Assembly: GCA_964477985.1 (NCBI GenBank)
Contig: CAYZGL010000001.1
Span: forward strand, 1 to 63,221
DNA length: 63,221 bases
Origin: an uncultured Rubrivivax sp.
GTDB taxonomy: Bacteria; Pseudomonadota; Gammaproteobacteria; Burkholderiales; Burkholderiaceae_C
Direction of reading: 5' to 3'
Shown here: positions 9,559-19,083 of the stretch, piece after piece
Numbering within the stretch: position 1 is the stretch's first letter
How the letters are laid out: each line of letters starts with the position of its first letter
Notes under the pieces: model-generated
The model's input: the letters and a program-made list of their open reading frames with translations, nothing else
Told to the model about the DNA's origin: nothing
Database searches by the model: none
Position numbers and translations under genes: made by a program

Positions 9559-12054
9559 TCAGGCGTGTTCCTCGGTGCGGGCGATGATCTCGGCCTGCTG
9601 CGCCGGCGACAGGTCGACGAAATAGGCCGAGTAACCGGCGATGCGCACGATCAGGTTGCGGTACTTGTCCGGCTCCTTCTGCGCGGCCAGCAGCGTCTCG
9701 CGGTGGATGATGTTGAACTGCACGTGCCAGTGCTTCATCTCGCACCAGGCGCGCACGATCTGCATCAGCCGCCGCGTGCCGGCCTCGCCGGCGACGGTGG
9801 CCGGGCTGAACTTCAGGTTGATCAGGTCGCCGCCCTTCTGCCTGAAGCTGCGATTGCGCGCCCGTGCGATCGAGCCCAGTGCCACGGTCGGACCTTTGAC
9901 GTCCATGCCGTGCGACGCCGAGATGCCCTCGGCCAGATATTCATTGGCCTTGCGGCCGTTGGGTGTGGCCCAGGTCACCTTGCCGAAGGGCACATGGAAG
10001 GTGATCGGGATCTGGCGCAGCAGGAAGGTCTGGCCATTCGGCTTGGGGTGCTTGTCCAGGAACTCCAGGAGCAGCGTCTCGATGTCGAAGCCGAGCTGGT
10101 CGACCCACTCGACGCCGTTGCCGTACTTCGGCGCGTGCAGGCACAGCTGGCGCACCGCCTCGTGGCCTTCCCAGTTGGCCTCCATCGCGGTCAGCAGCTG
10201 GTCCCAGGTGAGCTTCCTGGTGTCGAAGATCAGGTGCTTGACCGCGGCCAGGCTGTCGATCGCCGTGCCCTTGCCGATGGCCTCGAAGGTGCTGTGGTCG
10301 ATGCCGCCTTGGAACCACTCGCCGTGCGAGTGCAGGTCGCGGCACTCGGCCATCGCCAGGTCGTGCAGCATCGAGGTCTGCGGCGCGGCGAAGTAGTCGG
10401 CCTTCATGCGCATCGCCTGGTACTGCTGCACCAGCACGTGTTGCGCAAGGTGCTCGAGCTGGGCGCGGAACGCGGCCCAGACCTGCTCGAAGCTCGTCCA
10501 CTGCCGCGGGTCGCCGGTGGCCAGGCCGAACTGGATGTCCTTCAGCACCTTCAGATGGCCGTTGCGGAAGCTCATCTCGGTGACCGAGCCGTAGTTGATG
10601 CCGCCGCCGGCGGTGACGTTGGTCTCGCGGTTGGGCAGACGGTTCTCGCAGCAGCCGGAGATGCACCAGTCGTTGGCCTCCTTCAAGCTCGCGCCGTTGG
10701 CCAGGTAGAACGGGATCACGTCCTCGTCGTTCAGCAGCTTGGGGTAGCCCTTGCCGTCCTTGATGCACTCGACGACGTGGTGCAGGAAGGCGTCGGGCGT
10801 GCCGGAGTGGATGCGCACGCAGGGGTCGGGGCTGGTGATCTGCAGCGCGCGCATCGACTCCAGGATCAGGGTCGACAGCTCGTTGGTGGCGTCGCGGCCA
10901 TCCGGCGTCTGCCCGCCGACACAGACATCGGAGAACTGCGAGAAGCCCTCGGGGCCCGCGGCTGCCACCGGGTTGAGCTTGATCTCGGTGACCTGCGACA
11001 TCTGCAGCCACAGGCAGTGCAGCAGTTCGATCGCCGATTCCTGCGTGAGGCGGCCCTCGGCCAGGTCCTTGCGGTAGTGCGGCAGCAGGTACTGGTCCAT
11101 GCGGCCCTGGCCCATCGCGCTGCTGGTCTGCTCGACGCGGTTGAACAGCTGCCCCCACCACTGCGCCTGCAGCGCCTCGCGAAAGCTGCGCGCCGGGTTC
11201 TCGGGCACCCAGTCGCAGACCTCGGCGATCTCCAGCAGTTCCTGCTTGCGTTGCGCGTTCGCCTCCTTCGCCGCCAGTTCGCGCGCCAGCGCCGCATAGC
11301 GCCTGGACCAAAGCGTCATCGCGTCGCAGGTGATGATCACCGCCTCGAGGAAGCTGCGCTTGAAGACCACGTCGCGCGGCTCGCTCAGCGCGTCCAGTTT
11401 CGCTTGGGCTTCCTCGCGGATGCCCTTGACGCCGCGCGTCAGGATCTTGGTGAAGTCCGGCGTCCAGTTCTGCGAGTGCCGCATCGGCGACGTCGCGATG
11501 ATCACGCAGGTGTACAGCAGCAGGTTGTTCGGGTCGGGCCCGAGCAGCATGCGCCGCGTGGCTTCGGGCAGCGCGTGGACGAAGTTGGTGGCGTAGTCCT
11601 TGCCCGCCCAGTACGGCGTCAGCACCTCGTTGATCTGCCTCGCGTCGTCGTCGCTGACCGCCACCTCGCCCGGCTGGCCCTTCAGCTTGCGGAACATGTC
11701 GACGCCGCTGGGCATGATGCTGCCGTCGAGCTCGGGGTAGACGATGGCCCAGCGGCCGAGCCAGGTGTTGGGCCGGCCGACGATCAGCTCGTCGGGGAAG
11801 ATCGTCACCGGCGCCTTCTCGGCGAAATGCTTCAGCGCCTTGGCCCAGCGCAGCACCAGCGGCTGGCCCTCGGTGGTCTTCAGCGACTCGGTGAACAGCA
11901 GGCCGCGGTCGAGCGCGACGCGCGGCGCCCCGTAGCCGCGGATCGCGTCGTACATGCGCAGCACGCGCTCGGTGGCGCTGCCGTGCAGCACCTCGCGGCC
12001 GCTGGCGATGGCGCTTTCCTGTGCCGACAGGGTGGGTGTGTCCTGGGTATCCAT
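9559..12054 (-). CDS. Glycyl radical enzyme (PFL superfamily), substrate unassigned
   Basis: 831 aa; Gly loop LIVRIAGYSAYF; Cys loop WCISGCCENRLP; GRMDQYL, GGQT, APKYGN and ATPNGR motifs; AGGAG RBS. Confidence 0.95.
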   Translation of the reverse strand: MDTQDTPTLSAQESAIASGREVLHGSATERVLRMYDAIRGYGAPRVALDRGLLFTESLKTTEGQPLVLRWAKALKHFAEKAPVTIFPDELIVGRPNTWLGRWAIVYPELDGSIMPSGVDMFRKLKGQPGEVAVSDDDARQINEVLTPYWAGKDYATNFVHALPEATRRMLLGPDPNNLLLYTCVIIATSPMRHSQNWTPDFTKILTRGVKGIREEAQAKLDALSEPRDVVFKRSFLEAVIITCDAMTLWSRRYAALARELAAKEANAQRKQELLEIAEVCDWVPENPARSFREALQAQWWGQLFNRVEQTSSAMGQGRMDQYLLPHYRKDLAEGRLTQESAIELLHCLWLQMSQVTEIKLNPVAAAGPEGFSQFSDVCVGGQTPDGRDATNELSTLILESMRALQITSPDPCVRIHSGTPDAFLHHVVECIKDGKGYPKLLNDEDVIPFYLANGASLKEANDWCISGCCENRLPNRETNVTAGGGINYGSVTEMSFRNGHLKVLKDIQFGLATGDPRQWTSFEQVWAAFRAQLEHLAQHVLVQQYQAMRMKADYFAAPQTSMLHDLAMAECRDLHSHGEWFQGGIDHSTFEAIGKGTAIDSLAAVKHLIFDTRKLTWDQLLTAMEANWEGHEAVRQLCLHAPKYGNGVEWVDQLGFDIETLLLEFLDKHPKPNGQTFLLRQIPITFHVPFGKVTWATPNGRKANEYLAEGISASHGMDVKGPTVALGSIARARNRSFRQKGGDLINLKFSPATVAGEAGTRRLMQIVRAWCEMKHWHVQFNIIHRETLLAAQKEPDKYRNLIVRIAGYSAYFVDLSPAQQAEIIARTEEHA

Positions 12055-12088
12055 CGTGGCTTACTCCTGTCGGGTCGGCGCGCTGCAC

Positions 12089-12871
12089 TTACTCCATGAA
12101 CCAGCCGTGGCTGACGACCAGCGACTGACCGGTCAGCGCGTTGGTCGGGAACGCGGCGAAGAACAGCGCCACGCGCGCCACGTCGTCGACCGTCGTGAAC
12201 TCGCCGTCGACCGTGTCCTTGAGCATCACGTTCTTCACCACCTGCTCCTCGGTAATGCCGAGCAGCTTGGCCTGTTCGGGGATCTGCTTGTCGACCAGGG
12301 GGGTGCGCACGAAGCCGGGGCAGATGACGTTGGCATGCACGCCGTGCGCCGCGCCTTCCTTGGAGACCACGCGCGCCAAGCCGAGCAGGCCGTGCTTGGC
12401 GGTGACGTAAGCCGACTTGAGCTTGGACGCTTCCTTCGAGTGCACCGAGCCCATGTAGATCACGCTGCCGCCGCGGCCTGCCCTGTACATGTGCGGCAGG
12501 CAGGCCTTGGTGGTCAGGAAGGCGCCGTCGAGGTGGATGGCCAGCATCTTCTTCCACTCGGCGAAGCCGAACTCCTCGACCGGGTGCACGATCTGGATGC
12601 CGGCGTTGCTGACCAGCACGTCGACGCCGCCGAAGGCCTTCACCACCGCGTCGATGCCGGCGTTGACCTGCTGCTCGCTGGCCACGTCCATGGCCACGCC
12701 GATCGCCTGGCCGCCGGCGGCGCGGATCTCGGCCGCGGTGGCTTCGGCGGCGTCTTTCGACAGGTCGGCGATCGCCACCTTCGCGCCCTCGCGGGCATAG
12801 GTGAACGCGATGTCCTTGCCGATGCCGCTGGCGGCACCGGTGACGACGGCGGATTTGCCTTGCAGTTGCAT
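12089..12871 (-). CDS. bdhA: D-3-hydroxybutyrate dehydrogenase
   Basis: [55 protein letters not shown]. Confidence 0.9.
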   Translation of the reverse strand: MQLQGKSAVVTGAASGIGKDIAFTYAREGAKVAIADLSKDAAEATAAEIRAAGGQAIGVAMDVASEQQVNAGIDAVVKAFGGVDVLVSNAGIQIVHPVEEFGFAEWKKMLAIHLDGAFLTTKACLPHMYRAGRGGSVIYMGSVHSKEASKLKSAYVTAKHGLLGLARVVSKEGAAHGVHANVICPGFVRTPLVDKQIPEQAKLLGITEEQVVKNVMLKDTVDGEFTTVDDVARVALFFAAFPTNALTGQSLVVSHGWFME

Positions 12872-12891
12872 AAATCGCTCCCTTTGCTCCG

Positions 12892-13632
12892 TTACTTGGC
12901 CAGATAGTCGTGCACGACGGTGCCCAGCCCGAGGGTCAGGTCGGTCAGGATGTGCACACCCGAGATCACCTCGCGCACCGGCAGCTGCGCGACCGGCGCC
13001 AGCGCGTGCTGGAACAGCTCGAGCGCGGCCGGGCCCTCCCACGCGCCCTTCACGGTGATGTCCTCGAGGCAGTAGCGCACCAGCTCGCACACACGCACGC
13101 TGCAGTCGACGTGCGGAATGATCTTCAGCAGGAAGTTCGGCGCCTGCAGCGAGGCCAGCACCTTGGCGTGGTCGAGCGTGCGGTACTTGTAGCCCATCGT
13201 CGCCACCGCTACCGGCAGCGGGCCGTACTTGAGCACGCCGCCCAGCGTCTCCTTTTCGACGCGGAACTCGGGCCAGGCCAGCTTCTTCGGAAAGCCCCAG
13301 ATCTCGCGCCCGCCGGCGATCGGCGGATGGTCGTTGAGGAACATCTGGTGCACGTAGCCGCCCATCTGCCCCTGGTAGCGCACCGGGATGACCTGGCCGC
13401 TTTCGGTGAAGTCGCCGAAGCCGGTGGAATCGGGCATGCGGATGAACTCGAACTTGACGATCGGGTCGACGACCTCGAGCGGCGCCGGCACCACCGCCTC
13501 GAGCGCCTCGCGGTCGGTGCGGTAGGTGACGATGAAGAACTCGCGGTCGATGAAGCGGTAAGGCCCTTTCGGGAAGGCCGGGTTGGTCAGCGGCATCGCG
13601 AAGGCGCGGTCGAGCACTTGCTTCTCGTTCAT
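12892..13632 (-). CDS. adc: Acetoacetate decarboxylase
   Basis: [38 protein letters not shown], Schiff-base [12 protein letters not shown] motif. Confidence 0.92.
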   Translation of the reverse strand: MNEKQVLDRAFAMPLTNPAFPKGPYRFIDREFFIVTYRTDREALEAVVPAPLEVVDPIVKFEFIRMPDSTGFGDFTESGQVIPVRYQGQMGGYVHQMFLNDHPPIAGGREIWGFPKKLAWPEFRVEKETLGGVLKYGPLPVAVATMGYKYRTLDHAKVLASLQAPNFLLKIIPHVDCSVRVCELVRYCLEDITVKGAWEGPAALELFQHALAPVAQLPVREVISGVHILTDLTLGLGTVVHDYLAK

Positions 13633-13657
13633 GGGGTTCCTTCGGGGGGATGGGCAG

Positions 13658-14797
13658 TCAGGAGGCCAGGTCGACGACGCGCAGCTTGTCGCCGACTTGC
13701 TGCACGACCACGCCGGTGCCGTTGCCCAGCAGGCGCTGGAAGTCGCCCTGCCCGGCCTGCCACAGCTCCTGCACCGTGGCGCGCGAGAAGTCGCCGTCCT
13801 TGAACTCCGGCGAGTGCGAAACGCGCCGGTTGATCAGGTGCACCAGCGTCAGCGCGCCGCGCTCGGCGACGTGCGCGAGCTTGGCCACATCGGGGTCGTT
13901 GCGCAGGCCTTGCGGCAGCTTGCCCAGCAGCCGGTGCAGCGACACGCGCATGTCCTCCAGTTCCTGGATGCGCCGCACGTTGAGGCGGCGCTTGCTCGCG
14001 AACTGGATGTCCTTGGCGCGCTCCTGCACCTGGTCCAGGTTCTGCGGCACCGGGCCCGCGCCGCTGAAGACGTCGACCTGGAAGACCAGCGCGTCCATGC
14101 GGAAGTCCTGGTCGAGCACGTAGGCCAGCGGCGAGTTCGACGCAATGCCGCCGTCGAGGTAGACCTCGCCGTCGATCGCCACCGGCGGGAAACCCGGCGG
14201 CAACGCACCGCTGGCCAGCACGTGTTCGGGCCGCAGCGTCATGCGGTGGTTGTCGAAGTACACCGAATCGCCGCTGCGCACGTCGACCGCACCCAGCGAC
14301 AGGCGCACGCGGCGTTGGTTGATCAGGTCGAAGTCGGCCAGTTCCTGCAGCGTGTCGATCAGCGGCGAGGTGTCGTACCAGCTCAACGCGCCGGGGCTGC
14401 CTTCCGGTGCGAAATACGGCGGCAGCAGGCGCGGCGCGAAGAAGCCGGGGATGCCCAAAGCAGCGGCGCCGAAGAAGCTCAAGCCGTTGAGCATCGGCCG
14501 CCACGGGTCCATCCACGCGGGCGGCAGCAACGGCGAGCGCGACGTGGCGCGGTCCCAGAAGGTGCGCAGCCGCTCGGCACGCCGCGCCGGCGGGTTGCCG
14601 GCGATCAGCGTCGCGTTGATCGCGCCGATCGACACGCCGGTGACCCAGTCGGGCTCGTACCCGGCGGCGGCCATCGCCTCGTAGGCGCCCGCCTGGTACG
14701 CGCCGAGCGCGCCGCCGCCCTGCAGCACCAGCACCAGCCGTTCGTGCTCACGCCATGGGTTCGACGCGCGGCGCGCGCTCGCGGCCTGTTCTGCCAT
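13658..14797 (-). CDS. Patatin-like phospholipase/esterase with DUF3734-type C-terminus
   Basis: [18 protein letters not shown] nucleophile motif, DGG motif, KDIQFAS. Confidence 0.88.
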   Translation of the reverse strand: MAEQAASARRASNPWREHERLVLVLQGGGALGAYQAGAYEAMAAAGYEPDWVTGVSIGAINATLIAGNPPARRAERLRTFWDRATSRSPLLPPAWMDPWRPMLNGLSFFGAAALGIPGFFAPRLLPPYFAPEGSPGALSWYDTSPLIDTLQELADFDLINQRRVRLSLGAVDVRSGDSVYFDNHRMTLRPEHVLASGALPPGFPPVAIDGEVYLDGGIASNSPLAYVLDQDFRMDALVFQVDVFSGAGPVPQNLDQVQERAKDIQFASKRRLNVRRIQELEDMRVSLHRLLGKLPQGLRNDPDVAKLAHVAERGALTLVHLINRRVSHSPEFKDGDFSRATVQELWQAGQGDFQRLLGNGTGVVVQQVGDKLRVVDLAS

Positions 14798-14859
14798 GTT
14801 CAGTGTCCCGTCCTTTCAGAGCCCGGCGGTGCGGTGCTGCGCCGCCTGCGTAAGCTGGA

Positions 14860-14888
14860 ACGATAGGCTGCCGGTCCGCCGCGGTCAT
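14860..14888 (-). promoter_or_regulatory. Putative sigma70 promoter for the patatin-to-BASS operon
   Basis: Minus strand ATGACC-17 bp-TATCGT, about 60 bp upstream of the patatin ATG. Confidence 0.35.
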
Positions 14889-15018
14889 GACGTTTCTGGA
14901 CAAGGCGGTCGGGAAGCTGCCAGTGCACACCGACCTTCGCCGGCATGCCGAGCCCGAGCGCACACGCTGGCGATGGTGTGCTTGCAGCACCCTATGGCAG
15001 TTCGAGGCGCGCTCGCGC

Positions 15019-16374
15019 TCAGCGTGCGCCTGCCGCCGCGGCCGCCGGCGGCGGCGCGTGCGGCGCCTCGCCTTGCACCGCCACCGCGGCGACGCGCTGG
15101 ATGTCGCCTTCGTAGCTGCGCGACGCGAGCACGAAGAACAGCGCCGCCAGGCCGCCGGCCAGCGGCACCAGCGTCAGCGCCGCCTGCAGGCCCAGCACAT
15201 CGGACAGCACGCCGACGATGAAGGGGCCGGCGGCCAGGCCGAACAGGTTCTGGAACAGCGCCAGCACCGACGCGCCGGTGGCGCGCACGCCGGGGTGGAT
15301 GACGTCGATGACGATCGCCGTCACCGGGCCGACGCTGCAGGTCATCAGGAAGCCGCCGAGCGCGATCAGCGCGAACTGCGCTGCCGCCGCCATGCCGCCG
15401 GTGGCCCCGAAGCTGGGCGCCAGCACCAGCGCCGACAGCACGCACAGCGCGGCCATCGTGTACAGCTTGCGGCGCGGGCGGCGCGCGCCGATGCGGTCGG
15501 TGGCGGTGCCCCAGATCACGCTGCCGGCCGCGCCGACCAGCACCACCAGCGCGGCACGCGCGGCCGCCTGCTCGGGCGCCAGGCCGTGGTAGCGGTTCAG
15601 GAAGCTCGGCAGCCACGACCAGATCGCCGACACCACGATCAGCTGCGACGCGCCGCCCAGGCACACCCACAGCATGGTGCGCGACTTGGCCAGCGACTTC
15701 GCGACATAGGCCACCGTGCTGCCGGTGCTGCGGGTCGCTTCGTCCAGCTTGGGCGTCAGCGCCACGGTCTTGTAGTCGCGCACCTTCAGGTACAGCAGCG
15801 CCAGCACCAGCCCGGGCACGCCGACCACGCCGAAGGCCGCCTGCCAGCCCCAGTGCGCGGCGATGAAGCCGCCCAGCAGCACCCCCAGCACCGAGCCCAC
15901 CGACGCGGTGGCGAAGAAGGCGGCGAGCAGCGCGCCGCGCAGCCGCGCCGGGAACACGCTGGCGATCAGCGCCGCGCCGACCGAGCCGTAACCCGCCTCG
16001 CCCAGCCCGACCACCGCGCGCGCCGCCAGCAGCTGGCCGAAGTTGCGCGTGAACATGCACGAGATCGTCGCCAGGCTCCAGGCGGTGGCCATCACGGCGA
16101 TGCTCTTCACGCGGCTGGCGCGGTCGGCGATCAGCGCCACCGGCAGCGCGCCCAGCGCCACCGTCACCGACACGATCGACACCAGCGCGCCGAGCTGTTT
16201 GTCCGACAGCCCCCACGCGGCCTTCATGTGCGGGAACAGCGACACGATGACCTGGCGGTCGACATAGTCGAACAGCATCAGCGCCAGCGTCATCGCAAAC
16301 GCGAACCAGGCGGCGCCGCGGCCGGTCACGTAGGTGTCGGACGCGTTCGCCGGCGTGGGCAGGTAGGTGGCCAT
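15019..16374 (-). CDS. MFS transporter
   Basis: DYVDRQ motif, ADRASR loop, ARAVVGLGEAGY, about 12 hydrophobic segments. Confidence 0.9.
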   Translation of the reverse strand: MATYLPTPANASDTYVTGRGAAWFAFAMTLALMLFDYVDRQVIVSLFPHMKAAWGLSDKQLGALVSIVSVTVALGALPVALIADRASRVKSIAVMATAWSLATISCMFTRNFGQLLAARAVVGLGEAGYGSVGAALIASVFPARLRGALLAAFFATASVGSVLGVLLGGFIAAHWGWQAAFGVVGVPGLVLALLYLKVRDYKTVALTPKLDEATRSTGSTVAYVAKSLAKSRTMLWVCLGGASQLIVVSAIWSWLPSFLNRYHGLAPEQAAARAALVVLVGAAGSVIWGTATDRIGARRPRRKLYTMAALCVLSALVLAPSFGATGGMAAAAQFALIALGGFLMTCSVGPVTAIVIDVIHPGVRATGASVLALFQNLFGLAAGPFIVGVLSDVLGLQAALTLVPLAGGLAALFFVLASRSYEGDIQRVAAVAVQGEAPHAPPPAAAAAGAR

Positions 16375-16389
16375 GGCTGGCTTGTCTCC

Positions 16390-16422
16390 AGGGGATCTCT
16401 GGGGGATCTCTAGGCGATCTCG
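16390..16422. repeat. Three imperfect tandem 11-bp repeats (RGGSGATCTCK)
   Basis: AGGGGATCTCT / GGGGGATCTCT / AGGCGATCTCG in the qor-MFS intergenic gap. Confidence 0.7.
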
Positions 16423-16431
16423 AGGGGGCCG

Positions 16432-17424
16432 TCAGGGCACGAGCACGGTGGCACCCACCGTGCCGCGCGATTCGAGCGCGCGGTGTGCTTGCGCCGCGTC
16501 GGCCAAGGCAAAACGCTGCTTGGGCTCGCCGACGATCTTGCCGGCGCGCACAAGGCCGAACAGCTCGTCGGCCATGGCCAGCATGTGCGCGCGCGGCGTG
16601 GCGTAGTGGACCATCGCCGGGCGCGTCATCCAGATCGAACCCTTGACCGCCAGCAACGTGCTGTCCACCACCACCGGGCCCGAGCTGGTGCCGTTGCTGA
16701 CGAAGCTGCCGCGTGGGCGCAGGCTGTTCAGCGAGGCCAGCAGCGTGTCCTTGCCCACCGAGTCGTAGACCACCGGCACGCCCTGGCCATCGGTGAGCTC
16801 GCGCACGCGCTTGGGGATCTGCAGCGCCATCTGCTCGGCCGACATGCCGCCGGTGACGATGGTGTGGGTGCAGCCGTGCGCGCGCGCCACCTCGGCCTTG
16901 GCCTCGGTGCTGACGGTGCCGATCATCGTCACGCCCAGCGCACGCGCCCATTGGCAGGCCACCAGGCCGACACCGCCGGCCGCCGCGTGGTACAGGATGG
17001 TCTCGCCGCCGTGCAGCGGGTAGACCTGACGGAACAGGTACTGCGCGGTCATGCCCTTCATCATCAGCGCCGACGCGCTCTCGTCGGACACGTCCGCCGG
17101 CAGCGGGATCAGCACCTCGGCCGGCATCACGCGCACGTCGGCGTACGCGCCTTGCGGCCCCAGCAGATAACCGACGCGGTCGCCGACTTGCACGTCGGTG
17201 ACGCCGTCGCCCACCGCCTCGACCACGCCGACCGCGTCGCTGCCCAGGCCGCTGGGCAGCGGCGTCGGGTAGCGGCCGGTGCGGAAGTAGACGTCGATGA
17301 AGTTGACGGCGACGTAAGCGTGGCGCACACGCGCCTGGCCGGGGCCGGGCGCGCCGACCTCGACGTGCTCGAGCTCGAGCACCTCGGGGCCGCCGAGGCG
17401 ATGGAAACGGATGGCTCGGGACAT
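16432..17424 (-). CDS. qor: NADPH:quinone oxidoreductase (MDR/zeta-crystallin family)
   Basis: AGGAG RBS; VNFIDVYFRTG, HAAAGGVG, VVYDSVG motifs. Confidence 0.88.
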   Translation of the reverse strand: MSRAIRFHRLGGPEVLELEHVEVGAPGPGQARVRHAYVAVNFIDVYFRTGRYPTPLPSGLGSDAVGVVEAVGDGVTDVQVGDRVGYLLGPQGAYADVRVMPAEVLIPLPADVSDESASALMMKGMTAQYLFRQVYPLHGGETILYHAAAGGVGLVACQWARALGVTMIGTVSTEAKAEVARAHGCTHTIVTGGMSAEQMALQIPKRVRELTDGQGVPVVYDSVGKDTLLASLNSLRPRGSFVSNGTSSGPVVVDSTLLAVKGSIWMTRPAMVHYATPRAHMLAMADELFGLVRAGKIVGEPKQRFALADAAQAHRALESRGTVGATVLVP

Positions 17425-17463
17425 GAATCTCTCCTGCGAGGGGGTGTAGGACTGCTGCGGCAT

Positions 17464-18045
17464 TCAGCCGGACGAGTGCGTCGCGCTGAGTTGGTCGATG
17501 AAGGCCTCGGCCTGCGGCCACTCGCCGTAGCCCGACGCCGGGTTCAGGTGGCCGACGGCGCCGAGGTCCACGCGCTCGCTGCCCCAGGCCTGCGCCAGCT
17601 CGGCGATGCGCTCGGCGTCGCCCAGCGGGTCGTTGCGGCTGGCGGCGACGATGCTGCGAAAGGGCAGCGGCAAGCGCGGCACCGGCAGCCAGCCGCCGGC
17701 GCGCAACTGCTCGAGCGTCGGGTAACCGTCGGGCATGGCCCGCTCGAAGTCCGCCGGGGCGGCGAGCAGCGCGCCGCGAACGGGGCCGCGCTTTTGCTGC
17801 GCCCAGTGCGCGACCATCACGCAGCCCGCGCTGTGCGCGACGATGACGACGGGTCCGCCGATCGCGCGCAGCGCGTCGTCGATCGCCGCCACCCGCGCCG
17901 CGCAGTGCAGATCCTCGCGCCCCGGGGGTGTCAGCGCGGCCACCGGGCGGCCCTGCGCGCGCAGCTTCGCTTCGAGCAGGGTCTGCCAGTGCTGCTCGAC
18001 GTGGTCGCGCAGGCCGGGGACGATCAATACCGTGACCTCGTTCAT
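17464..18045 (-). CDS. RBBP9/YdeN-family alpha/beta hydrolase
   Basis: VPGL...HWQ, VAHSAG nucleophile motif, ASRND, GHLN..SGYGEW. Confidence 0.85.
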   Translation of the reverse strand: MNEVTVLIVPGLRDHVEQHWQTLLEAKLRAQGRPVAALTPPGREDLHCAARVAAIDDALRAIGGPVVIVAHSAGCVMVAHWAQQKRGPVRGALLAAPADFERAMPDGYPTLEQLRAGGWLPVPRLPLPFRSIVAASRNDPLGDAERIAELAQAWGSERVDLGAVGHLNPASGYGEWPQAEAFIDQLSATHSSG

Positions 18046-18053
18046 TGCCTTGC

Positions 18054-19076
18054 TCACTGTTCCAGGCGGATGTCGAAGGCCTTGACGATCTGCGCGTTGC
18101 GCTCGTAGTCGCCCTTGACCATCTGCGCCAACTTGTCGGGGCTTTCGCTGACCGAAGGCTCGAAGCCGGCAGCGATCAGCCGGTCGCGCACCTTCGGCGA
18201 CATCACGGCCTTCAGCGTGGCGATGTTGATCTGGCCGATCAACTCCGGTGGCAGCTTGGACGACACCACGGTGCCGACCCAGTTGCTGAAGTCGATGTCG
18301 GGGAAGCCCTGCTCGGCCATGGTCGGCACCTCGGGCAGGTGCACCGAACGCGTCTTGGCCGCCACGCCGAAGGCCTTCAGCTTGCCGCCCTTGATCAGCG
18401 GCAGCGACGTCGGCACGCCGTCGAACATGATGTCGACCTGCCCGCCCATCACCTGCTGCAGCGCCGCCGGCGAGCCGGGGAACGGCACATGCGTCAGGTC
18501 CAGCCCCGCCTTCTTCGCGAAGATCAGGCCCGCGTAGTGCGAGCTGGTGCCGGCGGTGTACGAAGCAAAGCTGCCCTTGCCGTCGTGGTGTGTCTTCAGG
18601 TAGCCGATCAGCCCCTTGACGTCGTTGGCCGGCACGCTGGATGCGGCTACCAGCACCATGTTGGCGCGGCCCACCATCGTCACCGGCTTGACGTCCTTGA
18701 CCGGGTCGAAGCGGGTCTTCATCACCAGCGGCACCTCGGTCAGGATGTTGCTGGCCGCGATCAGCAGCGTCTGGCCGTCGGCCGGCGCGGCCTTCAGCGC
18801 CTCGACCGCGATCGCGCCGCCGGCGCCGGGTTTGTTCTCGACGATCACCGGCTGGCCGATCTGGGCCGACAGCGCGTCGGCGACCACACGCGCCACGATG
18901 TCGGCGGTGCCGCCGGCCGGCGCCGGCACCAGCACCTTCACCGGCTTGTTCGTCCAGGCCATCGCGGCCAGCGGTGCGGCCGCGACGGCGACGACGGCGA
19001 GCTTGGCCAAGCTCGCGCACCGCGCCACGCGCCGGCTGCGAGTTGGCGCGGCCTGGTGCAGGCTCGTGTACACCAT
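18054..19076 (-). CDS. Bug/TctC tripartite tricarboxylate transporter substrate-binding protein
   Basis: Signal peptide; PAGGTADIVAR, VENKPGAGGAIA, HVPFPGSPAA. Confidence 0.9.
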   Translation of the reverse strand: MVYTSLHQAAPTRSRRVARCASLAKLAVVAVAAAPLAAMAWTNKPVKVLVPAPAGGTADIVARVVADALSAQIGQPVIVENKPGAGGAIAVEALKAAPADGQTLLIAASNILTEVPLVMKTRFDPVKDVKPVTMVGRANMVLVAASSVPANDVKGLIGYLKTHHDGKGSFASYTAGTSSHYAGLIFAKKAGLDLTHVPFPGSPAALQQVMGGQVDIMFDGVPTSLPLIKGGKLKAFGVAAKTRSVHLPEVPTMAEQGFPDIDFSNWVGTVVSSKLPPELIGQINIATLKAVMSPKVRDRLIAAGFEPSVSESPDKLAQMVKGDYERNAQIVKAFDIRLEQ

Positions 19077-19083
19077 CGCTCCT

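Noticed and set aside
9559-12054. Annotating the GRE as pyruvate formate-lyase because of the CC pair
   Set aside because: Context is SGCCE rather than PFL-type IACCVS, the Gly loop is RIAGYS, and the activase has a ferredoxin insert that PFL-AE lacks
8701-12099. Very long alternative-frame and antisense ORFs (e.g. 8701-12099 +, 20810-24445 +, 37877-41752 +, 37965-41708 -, 51215-54523 -)
   Set aside because: They are shadows of real genes in high-GC DNA, Arg/Ala/Gly/Pro-rich or antisense in-register, with no recognisable motifs
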